Assembly (NCBI GenBank): GCA_965217775.1 | Contig: CBDCJH010000002.1 | Span: 3,872,001-3,936,000, forward strand | Direction: 5' to 3' | Source: Acidobacteriota bacterium | GTDB lineage: Bacteria > Acidobacteriota > UBA6911 > RPQK01 > JAJDTT01 | DNA: 64,000 nucleotides | Shown here: one piece after another, positions 9,843 through 20,777 of the stretch | Layout: every line of letters starts with the position of its first letter | Position numbering within the stretch: the first letter of the stretch is position 1 | Made by a program: the position numbers and the translations under genes | The notes under the pieces: generated by a model | Seen by the model: the letters and a program-made list of their open reading frames with translations, nothing else | The model's database searches: none | What the model was told of the DNA's origin: nothing

Positions 9843-10970
9843 TCAAGCCGTGACGCCGGAAACGGCCTTGTTCAAGGCAGGCATCAGTTCCTTGGCGAAC
9901 AGTTCCAGGTTGCGAATCCAACTCGCCTTGTCGTCCCAGTCGAAGCCCATCAGGACGAGGGTGCCGAAGGGACCACTCTCTTCCATCAGCTCCAACAGCC
10001 GCCGGAGCACCTCGTCGACGTCGCCGGCGATGATCTGCTCCTGGAGCCATAAATCCATGTTGCAGTCGGCGTCCGGCATGTCGAGGTCGCGTTTCAGGAT
10101 CCCCCGGTGCCCCAATGAATTGTCCAACAGGGAGGCGATGTACTCGTAGTTCCCGCCCACCGAGTTGTTGCGCGCCAGCTTTACGGCCTCCTCGGTGGTG
10201 TCGGCGAGGAAAATGGCGCGACAGACTTTCCAGGTCCCGGGATCGGCTTCGCGCCCCGCTTCGGCGGCGGCCCGGGCGTAGGTCGCCCAATTGTCCGCCA
10301 GGACGTTCCCGGTGGCCAGAGCTGCCGAGAAGGGAGCGTACCCGCGCTGGCCAGCCAGGGTGAGGGTGCCCGAGTTGCGGCTGATGCCCGGCATGGCGAT
10401 GGGCGGATGCGGCTGCTGGAGCGGCTTGAATATGAATCCGATCCCCGTCGCCTCATCGACGTTCTCTTCGAGCGAGAACTGCCAGAATTTGCCTTCGTGG
10501 TGGTAGGGCGGGTCCGACGCCCACAGTTTCAGGATGGCGTCCAACGACTCCAGTGTCATAGCCCCGCCATCCTTTGGATGCTGGCCGTAGAGCTCCATGT
10601 CGGTGCTGACGCTGTTGGGCCCGAAGCAGAGGTTGAGCCGTCCCTTCGAGAGGTGATCCAGAAACGCGAGCCGCGTGGCTACGTAGGCCGGATGATGCAG
10701 ATTGAGGCACACGGGCGCGGCTCCCAGACGAATGCGTTCGGTCACTCCGAGCACGCGGCCGATGAACACCTCGGGGACCACGATCGGCTCGAACCTCATG
10801 GTGTGGTGCTCGCCGATCCAGAATTCGTCGAAACCGAGTTCCTCCGCCCGGATGACCAGTTCGACATCCTCGTCGAAGCACTGAGCCAGCGGCTTGCTCG
10901 ATGGGTGGTAGGGCATGATGAAAATGCCGGTTTTGATGGGTCGTGCGCCAGCGTTGGTGTCACCTGTCAT
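9843..10970 (-). CDS. LLM class flavin-dependent monooxygenase
   Basis: AEELGFDEFWIGEHH, ERIRLG, LDHLSKGRLNL, KPLQQPHPPI; GAGGAG RBS before ATG at 10970. Confidence 0.92.
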   Translation of the reverse strand: MTGDTNAGARPIKTGIFIMPYHPSSKPLAQCFDEDVELVIRAEELGFDEFWIGEHHTMRFEPIVVPEVFIGRVLGVTERIRLGAAPVCLNLHHPAYVATRLAFLDHLSKGRLNLCFGPNSVSTDMELYGQHPKDGGAMTLESLDAILKLWASDPPYHHEGKFWQFSLEENVDEATGIGFIFKPLQQPHPPIAMPGISRNSGTLTLAGQRGYAPFSAALATGNVLADNWATYARAAAEAGREADPGTWKVCRAIFLADTTEEAVKLARNNSVGGNYEYIASLLDNSLGHRGILKRDLDMPDADCNMDLWLQEQIIAGDVDEVLRRLLELMEESGPFGTLVLMGFDWDDKASWIRNLELFAKELMPALNKAVSGVTA

Positions 10971-11551
10971 GCGCCGTGTTCTCCTCTCGTCGACGGGGCC
11001 TTTGGGGAATGGTTCCGTGCCAGAAGAATGTTGCGATCGGATTATGGAGTCAACCTCAGAAGAGGAATAAGGAGTGAGAGAAGAGAAGGTGACAGGCACG
11101 CTCCCATGGTGATTGGCTCCCGCTCGACGAAACTGAACCAGGAGTGAAAGTAAGGATATAGAACCTGGGCGAGGCGGCGGCACGAATCCCTCGTCGGGTG
11201 GTTCGCACTTCCCCACTTCACCGGTAGCGGGAGCCGGTCGAGCTCGACCCCCGGTTTCTCCCCTGAATCCGCCGGGTCGCCCCCCGTTGGGGAAGCTTCC
11301 GAGTCGTCCAGGCCGGACCTGTGTCGGCAGCCTGCTTGACGTGTGTTTGCGGCCCGTTTGCTCTGGGGGAACGTTCCGCCGGCCCGTTGGTCTGGAACTC
11401 GGAAATCTGTTTTGTAATATTGGATTTTACGGAGATGCGTACGACGGAACCCGCCACGAACTTACCCGATGGGGAGCTCCGCGGGGTTCTCCATTTCTCC
11501 AAGTTCCATGTTCATCCGGCCCGATTTGTCCTGCTGGCCGAAATAGCCTAG

Positions 11552-11709
11552 CAGCCCGTGGCAAAAGTCATCACGGCATTCGACCGTCCCTGCATCCCGG
11601 CGGACGGCGTTGCGATTCGGGCACATACTCCCGGTATGCACCCGAATCGCGCCTTGTCCGGCGGGCGCAGGAACGGTCTCGGTGCTCGCGGGACTTTCAC
11701 CACGGACTG
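11552..11709 (-). mobile_element. 158-bp MITE copy, TSD CTAG, just upstream of the TonB-dependent receptor start
   Basis: Reverse orientation; CTAG at 11548-11551 and 11710-11713. Confidence 0.95.
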
Positions 11710-11739
11710 CTAGTCGATTTCATGCGGGAGATTTCCATC

Positions 11740-14700
11740 ATGTCGATCAGAAGCCTGATCCCTTCTTCCTCTCATCCTCGCTTATGGCGCTCTCTGCGCC
11801 GACTGGGGATCGCGGCGGCGATTCTGTTGGCCGGCACGGTCCTGCTTTCCGCCCAGACCGACACCGGCACCATTCGCGGCTACGTCTACGATGAGACCCG
11901 GGCCGTTCTCCCCGGCGTCACCGTTACCGCCACTTACCAAGGCCGCGGCGTGACCCGGGAGACCCTCACCTCGGAGATCGGCGAATACGTCCTGAGCCGG
12001 GTCGATCCCGGCCTCTACACGCTCCGCTTCGAGTTGCCCGGGTTCGCTCCCTACGTGGCCAAGGACCTGGAGGTGCTGGTGGGACAGACCCAGTCCTTTT
12101 CCCCCGAGATACCGGTGGCCGCCGAGGCCGTTGAAATCACGGCGGAAGCGACGCGGGTCAGCATCGCCCACGACAAGACCCAGCAGTCCAACCATATCGA
12201 CTCTGCCAGCATCGAGGATCTGCCCGTCAACCGCCGCGACTACCTGGACTTGGCGCTGCTGACTCCCGGCGTCGTCGACTCGAACTATGTGGCGGATGAC
12301 CGCGACTACCGCATCGCCCCGACCCCCGCGTCCGGACTCGGTATCGGCGGCGGCGGCGGGCGCGGCAACACCTTCACCATCGATGGATTGGACAACAACT
12401 ACGCCACCGGAAGCGTCCGCTCCTCCATCAGTCAGGACGCGGTGCAGGAGTTTCAGATCAACCGCAATTCGTTTTCCGCGGAACTGGGCGGAGCGCCCGG
12501 GGGAGCCATCAACATCGTCACCAAGGGAGGGACCAACGAGTTTCGCGGGTCCATCTTCGGAGTGCTCCGCAACCGGCGCTTCCAGACCCGCAACCACTTC
12601 GATCCGGCCGACTCGGCGTATACAAGGAGCCAGAGTGGGGGGTCTTTTGGCGGCCCCATCCTGCGAGACAGGACATTCTTCTACACCGCCTACGAACGCC
12701 TCGACCGTCACGAATCCTCGTTCGTTCCGCTGCTCCGGGACAGATCGTTCCTGTACGAGCCGACGCCCTCGCAAAAGGCCTTGGCCGGGGCGCTCGGGGA
12801 CGCGGTTCCGCCCCAGTTGGCCCCGCTGGTCCAACAACTTACGGCGGCCTTGATTCCGGGAAACTTCCCCCACGTCGTCCATCTGTTCGAGAGCAACAGC
12901 GGGGTGTTCCCGTTCTCGGAAGAGCGGCAGCAAGTCATAGGGCGCATCGACCATGCGGTGGGCTCCGGGCACAATCTCTTCTTTCGAGGAAACTGGACAG
13001 GACAGAACAGCCAGAACACCAGCTTCGGTTCGCTGGTGGCCCGCAGCCGGGGACGCAACAACAATGTGAACGATTTCGCCCTGGCGGTCGGAGACACCCT
13101 GGTCGTGGGTCCGGAATGGATCAGCGAGACCTGGTTGGGACTGTCGTACCACGACTTCGGGGTCTTCCCGACCGACCCCCACGGACCCTCCATCGACATC
13201 AACGGATTCGGCCATTTTGGACGAGACTTCATCCTGCCGACTCGAAGCCTCCAACGCAGGGGACAGGCCCGGCAGAATTTCACTTACGTCTCCGGGGGGC
13301 ACACGTTGAAGTTCGGTGCGGACGTCAACCTGGGATACAGCAGAGTTCGGTCCGAGACCTTCTTCAGCGGGCGATTCATCTTCGGAGCGGCCGTCCCCCT
13401 TTCAGCTCTGATCGACGCCAGGGGCGGGCCCGGCGCATCCCAATTCGTCAAGCTGTTGCTGACGGGAGCGGGGGCTCCCCACCTGGCGGCGGCAGTGGAC
13501 CACCCCATCTCCTCACTTCAGGCCTACGCGCTGGGCCTCCCCATCGTTTACCAACAGGGCTTCGGCGATCCTTTCTGGCGCGGAGGGGCGAGTACCTACG
13601 GGTTCTTCGTAGAAGACTCCTGGCGGATCCGCCCGAAATTCCTGCTGACTCTGGGACTGCGCCACGAGCTCTTCCGCAAGTCGAATTTTCCCAGAGACAA
13701 CAACAACTTCGGGCCACGCATGGGATTCGCCTGGAGCCCCGATACCAAGACCGTGGTGCGGGGCGGCTACGGTATTTTCCATGCCCGGATCGACGGCCAG
13801 ATCACGTACATTCGGGACCTGCTCTCAGACGAAGTCCAGCAGATCTTTCAGGTCTTCATCCCCTTGACCGGCATCCCGGGAATCAACAGCGCGCTGACCG
13901 GGCAGACGCTCACGTCGGCGGAGATCTACCAGTCGGTGTTGGCCCGGGGCATTCTGGGCAAACGGCAAATCAGGCCTGAGGACTTGGCCATCCACGGCCT
14001 GGTTCCGACTCCCGGACTGCCGTTGCGCGTCGCGTTCACCGTGGCCGACGATATGGTGAACCCCTACGCCCAACAGGCAAGCCTCGAGATCCAAAGAAAC
14101 GTCGGCGGATTTGCCCTCTCGGCCGGGTACAACTTCAACCGCGGCGTCCATATCAGTCCGTGGTGAAAGTCTCGCGAGCACCGAGACCGTTCCTGCGCCC
14201 GCCGGACAAGGCGCGATGAGGGAGCATACCGGGAGTATGTGACCGAATCGCAACGCAGTCCGCCGGGATGCAGGGACGGTCGAATGCCGCGACGACTTTT
14301 GCCACGGGCTGATATCGTCCGCCCGCTCGACGTCAACATCTACCGCGCCGGAACCAACGCCCAAGGACGACCCATCGTCGGTTTTCACAGGCCGGAGATC
14401 CTGCAGGACAACGTCTATGGCAGTTGGTCCAATTCCTTCTATCACGCCCTGATTCTGCAATTGGAGAAGCGCTTTTCGGACGGCGTCGTGATCTCGGCAC
14501 ACCACACCTGGAGCAAGGCGATGGACGAGATCACCGACTACAACTCCTCGTTCCAACCTCACCTGCAGTGGGACGCCGCGGCCGAAACGGCCCTCTCGTC
14601 CTACCATCGCGGTCACCGCTTCGTCTTGCGCACCCTGGCGAAGCTGCCCTGGAAGGCCGGCCGGGGGAAAGGGCTCGGACACAACCTGTTGGGCGACCTC

Positions 14701-15090
14701 ACCCTTTCCGGGATTGTCACGGCACGCTCGTTTGCCCCCTTCAACCTCAATGCCGGCTTCGACAACGTGGGCGACCGCCACACCGACACGCACCGTCCCT
14801 GGGGCCTGGGCCGCAACGTGGGCATCGGACCCAACCTCTTCAGCGTCGACCTGCGCCTGAAGCGCCGAATTTCGCTCGGAGAGGACAAGAGCCTGGACAT
14901 CGTCGCCGAAGGGTTCAACATCCTCAACCGCACCAACTTCAAGCACGTCAACGGCACCGTCGGTACGCTCACCCTGGAGGAGCTCCCGTCCTCGTACACG
15001 GGACGCCGGGGGCCGGTGACGGAACCGTTCTCGTACACCTCGGCATTCGCACCGAGGCAGTTCCAGTTTTCTCTCCGTCTCAATTTCTGA
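11740..15090 (+). pseudogene. TonB-dependent receptor (carboxypeptidase regulatory-like N-terminal domain) interrupted by a MITE
   Basis: GTIRGYVYD...PGVTVT, VQEFQINRNSFSAE, NNFGPRMGFAW, C-terminal PRQFQFSLRLNF; removing 162 bp rejoins GVHI-VRPLDVN in frame. Confidence 0.9.
14154..14311 (+). mobile_element. 158-bp MITE copy, TSD ATAT, inside the TBDR gene
   Basis: ATAT at 14150-14153 and 14312-14315; most diverged full copy. Confidence 0.95.
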
Positions 15091-15202
15091 TGGGCCGAAC
15101 GTAGCTTCCCCGGACGGCAAAGCGAAGGACCGAAGAAATCCGTGCTATTTGCTCCACTATGCGCCGGAGCCGACCCGCCGGCGGTCGGGAGCCGCGCCGG
15201 GA

Positions 15203-16876
15203 TCAGACTCGCGTGGGCAGCGTCCGGTATTCGATGCTCAACTCCAGGCTGTGGAGGATCATCTCGATGCGGACCTGGGGGTTGCGCTTCTCGAGGGTGG
15301 CCTCCAACCGGTTGACTCCCTGCCGGATCCAGTCTCCGTGCGTGAGGTCGTAGGACATGATGTAGTTGCCCTGGTACTCGATGGGCCCCGGACCGACCCG
15401 GTTCATGGGGATCTCCAGGCCGGGGTTTTCAGGCAACGGACGCCCGTTCCAGTTCAGTTCCAGGTCATCTTCCCACGTCAATCCCACCACGGTCAGGCTC
15501 AGCTTGATCTCCTGGAGCATGCCTCTGCGGCGCGCCATGTCCAGGTCGTCCGCCACCAGGACTTCCACCGTCTTGGTCTTCCCTTCGGCCAGCGCCTCGG
15601 GCAGTTGATGCACGAAAGCCTGGAAGACGTCACTGCTGCGGGGGTACTTATTCAAGCAGTCGTAACAGCCGACCTCGGTATAGAGCTTGTCCTTGTGCTC
15701 CAGCGTCTTGGGATTCCCCAACTCCTGGAACACCACCTCGGCCTCCTTCAGATTGTGGCCGATATGGTGGTGGAAGTTGAACATGTAGATCCCGTCGACT
15801 CCCTGACGCCAGGCGTTGGCGGCTCCGGCCCGGAGTGTCGCCGCGGGTGGACGCCGGTGGTAGCCCGGCCCCACTTGTTCGGAAGTGCAGGCGTAGATCC
15901 GGCACGAGGTCCCTTTCGCCAGGGCGACGAACTCGTCGTAGGGCATGCTCGTGGCCGTATCCCAATGGACCCCGGGAGAGACGTAATCGACCAAGCCCTC
16001 CTGGATCCAGGTCTTCAACTCCAGTCCGATCTGATGGCACTTTTCCAGCGTCGCCGGGACCCGGATCCCGAATCCCAGGGGGCGGCCTCGATCGGTTCCG
16101 ATGCGGCTGAACAAGGCCCTGGCTTCACGCAGATACCGGGTCAGGATCGGCCTCCCCTTCTCGATGTCGGGGAAATAGTGCCCGGGCTCGCGCAGGAAAT
16201 CCCACTCGAAGCCGTCGGCATCATAGCGGGTGCACGCGTCCTCTACCAGTTGCAGACGGTGCGCCCGGACCTCAGGTATCGAGAAGTTGAGGCCGACGCA
16301 TTTCTCGGCGTAGACGCTTTCGGGACTATGGACGCCCGAGCCACAGTTGTCTCCCAACTCGTATTCTCGATGGGCAACCCGAAAGTGGCTGGGCCATTGA
16401 AAACGGGGACCGTGCAGATCATTGAAGCGCATGCCGATCCAGTACTGCAGGCCGGCTTCGTGAGCCAGCTCCAGAGAGAGCTGCCAGGGATCGATGCCCT
16501 GGTCCAACAGTCCTCGGATACAGGTCTGCTGTTTCCACTCGCTGACGTGAAGGAACGTGTCCCGATCGATCCCCTCGGCCTCGGGGACCCGGGTGGGAAA
16601 CAGGGGGACCGCGTCGCCGAAGCCGAACATGTGGCAGACGACGGCGCCGATCTGGGTCCCGACGAACCGGCCCACGGCTTCGTAGACGAAGTCCTCAGGC
16701 GTCCTGGGAGGAGCGGGGTAGAAGAGGAAGCTGCCGTCGTTGTTGTAGAACAGAGGCGGCAGCGAAAGGCGCTCCGTCTGGGCCTCAAGAGGCCGGGCCG
16801 ACGCGACTCCGGCCCCCGCCAAGGTCAGCGCGCCCACGTTCCGCTGAAACTCCCTTCGGTTCAGCCTCTTCGCCAT
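15203..16876 (-). CDS. Tat-exported TIM-barrel glycoside hydrolase-like protein (GHL10/DUF187-like)
   Basis: NRREF Tat motif; YNNDG, GMRFNDLH, YDADGFEWDFLR, QGVDGIYMFNF. Confidence 0.75.
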   Translation of the reverse strand: MAKRLNRREFQRNVGALTLAGAGVASARPLEAQTERLSLPPLFYNNDGSFLFYPAPPRTPEDFVYEAVGRFVGTQIGAVVCHMFGFGDAVPLFPTRVPEAEGIDRDTFLHVSEWKQQTCIRGLLDQGIDPWQLSLELAHEAGLQYWIGMRFNDLHGPRFQWPSHFRVAHREYELGDNCGSGVHSPESVYAEKCVGLNFSIPEVRAHRLQLVEDACTRYDADGFEWDFLREPGHYFPDIEKGRPILTRYLREARALFSRIGTDRGRPLGFGIRVPATLEKCHQIGLELKTWIQEGLVDYVSPGVHWDTATSMPYDEFVALAKGTSCRIYACTSEQVGPGYHRRPPAATLRAGAANAWRQGVDGIYMFNFHHHIGHNLKEAEVVFQELGNPKTLEHKDKLYTEVGCYDCLNKYPRSSDVFQAFVHQLPEALAEGKTKTVEVLVADDLDMARRRGMLQEIKLSLTVVGLTWEDDLELNWNGRPLPENPGLEIPMNRVGPGPIEYQGNYIMSYDLTHGDWIRQGVNRLEATLEKRNPQVRIEMILHSLELSIEYRTLPTRV

Positions 16877-16938
16877 GATGATCCTCCCGCGAGCCCTGTC
16901 GATGCGGGTTTTGGAATTCGCTTCCCGTCAAGAGACCC

Positions 16939-18171
16939 TCAGGCCGGAATTCGCACGGCCCGGCGGCTGGCCGACGACTCCTTGGCCGCCTCGATGATCT
17001 CCAGCATGTGGACATTGTCTCGAATCGGCGAGGGGGCCGGGGCCCCGGTCCGCGAGGCCTCCAGGAAGTCCCGGAACAACTCTTCGGCCATGATGCCGCC
17101 GTAACCCGGAGTCTGCGGAATCTGGTAGGTCTTGCGGTGGCGGCGGCCGCTGACCCAATGCCGGGCCTCACTGTAGAGGGTGTAGGTTCCACCCGCCACG
17201 GCGGCATTCGTCGTCCCGTGCTCCACCGGCTCCACCAGCGGCAGGATGGAATAGCCTTCCGTTCCCCGCATGCCGATGTAGAAATCGTAGACGGCCCGGC
17301 TGCCCTTCAAGTGATATCCGGCCTGGAACGTCCCCAGCTTGCCGCTCTCGAAGCTGAGCAACAGCAATCCCGTGTCTTCGACGGCAATCTTCTCCGGATT
17401 CAGGTTCCCCACCAGGGCCATGACTTCCACCACCCGCTCCTGCATCAGGTACAACACCAGGTCCAGGCAATGGCACCCCAACCAGGACATGATTCCGCTG
17501 CCCGCGGTCTTGGGATCGAAGATGTAGGCGGAGGTGTCCCGGTATTCCACCAACCCGTTCAGGAGCTTGGCCTCGATGGTCATGATGCGGCCCAGCGCAC
17601 CATCGTCCAGGGCCCGCTTAAAGTCCATGACCATGGGATTGTAGCGCCACTGCAGCATGGCGCCGGCCGTCACGCCCTTCTTCTCCGCCACTTCCGCAAC
17701 CCGGCGGAGGTGGGAGGAGTGGGTCGTCGCCGGTTTGTCGTACAGGACCGGCAAGCCGGCGGAGACGACCTGCTCCAGAATGCCCGGCGCCTGGTCCGGA
17801 CGGGCGCAGACCGTCACCGCGTCCAGGTCGTCTCTGGCCAGGAATTTGCCCAGGTCGGTGGATTTCGAGGCCACCTTGGACGACTCTGCGGCAAGTTTTT
17901 CGACGTCGGCCAGCTCGGTGGCGGCACAGACGTGGATCTTGCCCACCTCCGAAAGCTGGTCCAGGACACGCACGTGTCCCCCGGCATGACCGTGGCCGGA
18001 GATAGCTCCCACCACCATGGACCCTTCCCGGATTGGGCTCGACCCGAGGTTCGATGGGAGGACGCCGCCGCTCGATCCCAACGGCTCGCCACCCCCCAGA
18101 GCTTCCCGTCTCAAGTTGCCCATCGCCGCCACCGAAGGCAGCGCATAGCCGAGAAAGCTGCGTCTCTGCAT
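16939..18171 (-). CDS. Gfo/Idh/MocA family oxidoreductase with Tat-like signal
   Basis: MQRRSFL; VLYDKP, QWRYNP, GSGIMSWLGCHCLD. Confidence 0.88.
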   Translation of the reverse strand: MQRRSFLGYALPSVAAMGNLRREALGGGEPLGSSGGVLPSNLGSSPIREGSMVVGAISGHGHAGGHVRVLDQLSEVGKIHVCAATELADVEKLAAESSKVASKSTDLGKFLARDDLDAVTVCARPDQAPGILEQVVSAGLPVLYDKPATTHSSHLRRVAEVAEKKGVTAGAMLQWRYNPMVMDFKRALDDGALGRIMTIEAKLLNGLVEYRDTSAYIFDPKTAGSGIMSWLGCHCLDLVLYLMQERVVEVMALVGNLNPEKIAVEDTGLLLLSFESGKLGTFQAGYHLKGSRAVYDFYIGMRGTEGYSILPLVEPVEHGTTNAAVAGGTYTLYSEARHWVSGRRHRKTYQIPQTPGYGGIMAEELFRDFLEASRTGAPAPSPIRDNVHMLEIIEAAKESSASRRAVRIPA

Positions 18172-18466
18172 TTCCGATTCCTCCATATTCCAGATTCGAT
18201 CCAGAGCCGTTGCTGAAGACGGCTCCGAATTCCGCGGGCCGCCAACGGCACGGCGATTGTAGTGGCCATGCGCCCTGAGTTGCCACCCAAGTCGGTGAGC
18301 CCATTCCGGCAAAAAAATCACATCTATCGAGGTGGAGACCCCCTCTCGTGGGTACGGAGAGTGCGAAACACGAGGAGTGCAGGAGACTGTTGATCCGCCG
18401 GCCACGTTTTCTGCCGGTGCACAACGTTGAATCCCAGCGACTGAGCGATTTCGAGGAGGTGGCGCT

Positions 18467-19027
18467 ATGGCAAGTCTCACACTTAAGAACAACAGATGGA
18501 TCCGGAAAACCACGATCGTGGGACTGGCCCCCTTGACGCTGGTGCGAATCTTTATCGCCCTGATGTGTCTTCCCCAGACCTTGAAGGCCGGTTCGGAGAT
18601 TCGCCGTGAGTTGGCCTGGGAGGACCTTCCCGCCGTTCTTCACGGAGAGAAGGTCACCGTCATGCTGTCGGAGGGGGGCGCCGTCCGTGGTGGCGTGGTC
18701 GTGGTTCAGGAAAACGCCGCCTACCTGCCCAAGGTCACCGTGGCCACCGACGGAAAACGTTACGCCGGTGGATTCGAGGCCTCGATCCCGAGAGAATCGG
18801 TCAAAGAATTTCAGGTGGAGAAGGTGCTGGAGGACGCAGCGATCGGGGGTGCGGTTGTGGGAGCCATTGCGGCCTTTGGGCTGACCGGCCTCACGCTCCT
18901 CGGTGCTCGTTGGGACCCACGTCTGGAGTGGACGGCCCTATTGGTTTCGCCTGTGGGAGGCGGTTTTCTTGGACACCAGTTTGGCAAACGCCTGGGTCGC
19001 GAGACCACTATCATCACGATCCGTTGA
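18467..19027 (+). CDS. Hypothetical membrane protein
   Basis: 186 aa with GAGGAGG RBS and a C-terminal glycine-rich hydrophobic pair. Confidence 0.65.
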   Translation: MASLTLKNNRWIRKTTIVGLAPLTLVRIFIALMCLPQTLKAGSEIRRELAWEDLPAVLHGEKVTVMLSEGGAVRGGVVVVQENAAYLPKVTVATDGKRYAGGFEASIPRESVKEFQVEKVLEDAAIGGAVVGAIAAFGLTGLTLLGARWDPRLEWTALLVSPVGGGFLGHQFGKRLGRETTIITIR

Positions 19028-19150
19028 CCGGCTGGCTCTTCGGAACCCGCTCCCGTATTGCAGGCGATTCGAGCCGTTCGCGGCTTTGTGCGCCGGCCGC
19101 CGCCACGATCTCCCGGCCGTAAGACCAACTTCACCCTGCCTTGGGGGTAT

Positions 19151-20632
19151 TCAATTCCTGCGAATGCGAAACGCGTAGACACTGCCTCCACGCAGCCACA
19201 GGCGCAGTTTCACGATCCGTCCCCGCAATTGGCTCAGGTCCCGCCGATTCTTCCAGCGCACCGGCACTCGCAGGCCGTCGACCTGCCGCAGCACGAGGGC
19301 CTCTTCTCGGGAAAAGCCCGGGATCGGCTCATCGTCGGCATTCAGAACCTCGACTGTGAGTTCGCCGTTCGGGACCTCCAGGTTGACCACGACTTCCTCG
19401 CCCTCGACCCGAAACGGCCGGGTGGTGGCCCAGCCCAATCGATCGGATGCAGTCAACGAAACGAAACGATCCAGCGGGACCGTGGCCAAGCCGATGCCGG
19501 TGGGCGCTCCAGCGCTTCCCTGGCCGCTGTGAGAGATGGGACGCCCCACGTAGTAGATCCAGTGCTGGTCCTTCCAGGTGACGATGTTGGGAGCCGGCTG
19601 GATCCATTTGGCGTCGAAGCTTCCGGCGGGGCCGCGGCGCAGGAACGGCTGGTTCCGGTACACCCACTCCAGATTCCAGGGGCGATCCCCGCGAGTCATG
19701 GCCAGAAAGAAGTCCATCTCCTCGCTCTCCCCCGGCCGTTCCAGCGACCAGAGCAGCCCGAATTGGACACCCTCGTAGATCCATCCGTTCAAGCTGTAGA
19801 TCTGGCGGGTCCACTCGTAATCCTTCCTGCCGCTCTCCCGCCCCAGACACCACTCGCGCACGGTCGTCCACTCTCCAAGGTGACTCCGGAGCTCCGTCCA
19901 TGAGTTCACCATGTCCCGGGTTCCCCGAATCTCTCCGCTCCCTCCCCCCGTTCCATAGTCGGTACGGGTGTAGAGTCGGTAGACACCCGAATACGGATCC
20001 CAGAGCACTTGGTTGATGGTGTCCGCGGCCCGGCCGGTGATGGGCCGGCCCTGATCGTAATAGCTCCAGCGCAGGCCGTCGGGGGAATAAGCCAGGGCAG
20101 TGGTGGTGCCGTATCCCTTCCCGGCTCCGACGGCCGACTTGTACTTGTGGCGAGGGTCCTTCTCGTTGGGATCCACAAAGGGGCAGTAGGCCTGCGGCCG
20201 GCCGATCTGATAGATGTTGTTGGCCCGGCTGCCGTCGAATTCCACGAGCCCGAGCCGGGGCTTGACCCAGCGGACCCCGTCCCGGGATTCGGCATAGCAG
20301 TAGGTCGCCGCATCCGCGCCGGAGCCGGCGGCCCGGTACCAGATGCGGAACCGGCCGTCCTCCCGGAGCACGGAACCGACGATGGGCACCCCGAAGTCTT
20401 CCCACGGAGTGTCGTCGACGATGACGGGCCGGCCGCCATTCGCTTTGGTGGGCCGCCTGAGCCGGCGCGCCAATAGGTGCTTCCCGGCAATGACGTGGTC
20501 ATCCACCAAAAGCTGCTTCCGCTCTCCGAATTGAAGAACGGGTCCGTCACCCGGCTCGCCGGCATGGGCCGAGGCGAAGAGCGTGATCACGAACAGCGCG
20601 AAGAGTGGCCGGCGACACCACGGGCAGAGCAT
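19151..20632 (-). CDS. Exported beta-propeller glycoside hydrolase-like protein
   Basis: Signal peptide, QLLVDD, FRIWY, YAESRDGVRWVKPRLG, SPDGLRW (Asp-box-like), DRFVSL, C-terminal beta-sandwich. Confidence 0.75.
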   Translation of the reverse strand: MLCPWCRRPLFALFVITLFASAHAGEPGDGPVLQFGERKQLLVDDHVIAGKHLLARRLRRPTKANGGRPVIVDDTPWEDFGVPIVGSVLREDGRFRIWYRAAGSGADAATYCYAESRDGVRWVKPRLGLVEFDGSRANNIYQIGRPQAYCPFVDPNEKDPRHKYKSAVGAGKGYGTTTALAYSPDGLRWSYYDQGRPITGRAADTINQVLWDPYSGVYRLYTRTDYGTGGGSGEIRGTRDMVNSWTELRSHLGEWTTVREWCLGRESGRKDYEWTRQIYSLNGWIYEGVQFGLLWSLERPGESEEMDFFLAMTRGDRPWNLEWVYRNQPFLRRGPAGSFDAKWIQPAPNIVTWKDQHWIYYVGRPISHSGQGSAGAPTGIGLATVPLDRFVSLTASDRLGWATTRPFRVEGEEVVVNLEVPNGELTVEVLNADDEPIPGFSREEALVLRQVDGLRVPVRWKNRRDLSQLRGRIVKLRLWLRGGSVYAFRIRRN

Positions 20633-20777
20633 CTCCCCTGCCGCTGGCCCCGCCAGCCGAGAGACGGCCTCCGATGTTCGGACCAGGAACGGAGGGACGG
20701 CCGCGGCGGCAGAGTTGGTGAGGCTCATTGCGGGAAGAGGCAAGGTTCGCAGATCCTCGACGAACTTGTCAGGCCCC

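Noticed and set aside
11287-11739. Long N-terminal extension of the TBDR ORF (likewise 6201-6671 for the PQQ enzyme)
   Set aside because: Produced by open frames through MITE/IS sequence; signal peptides start at 11740 and 6672.
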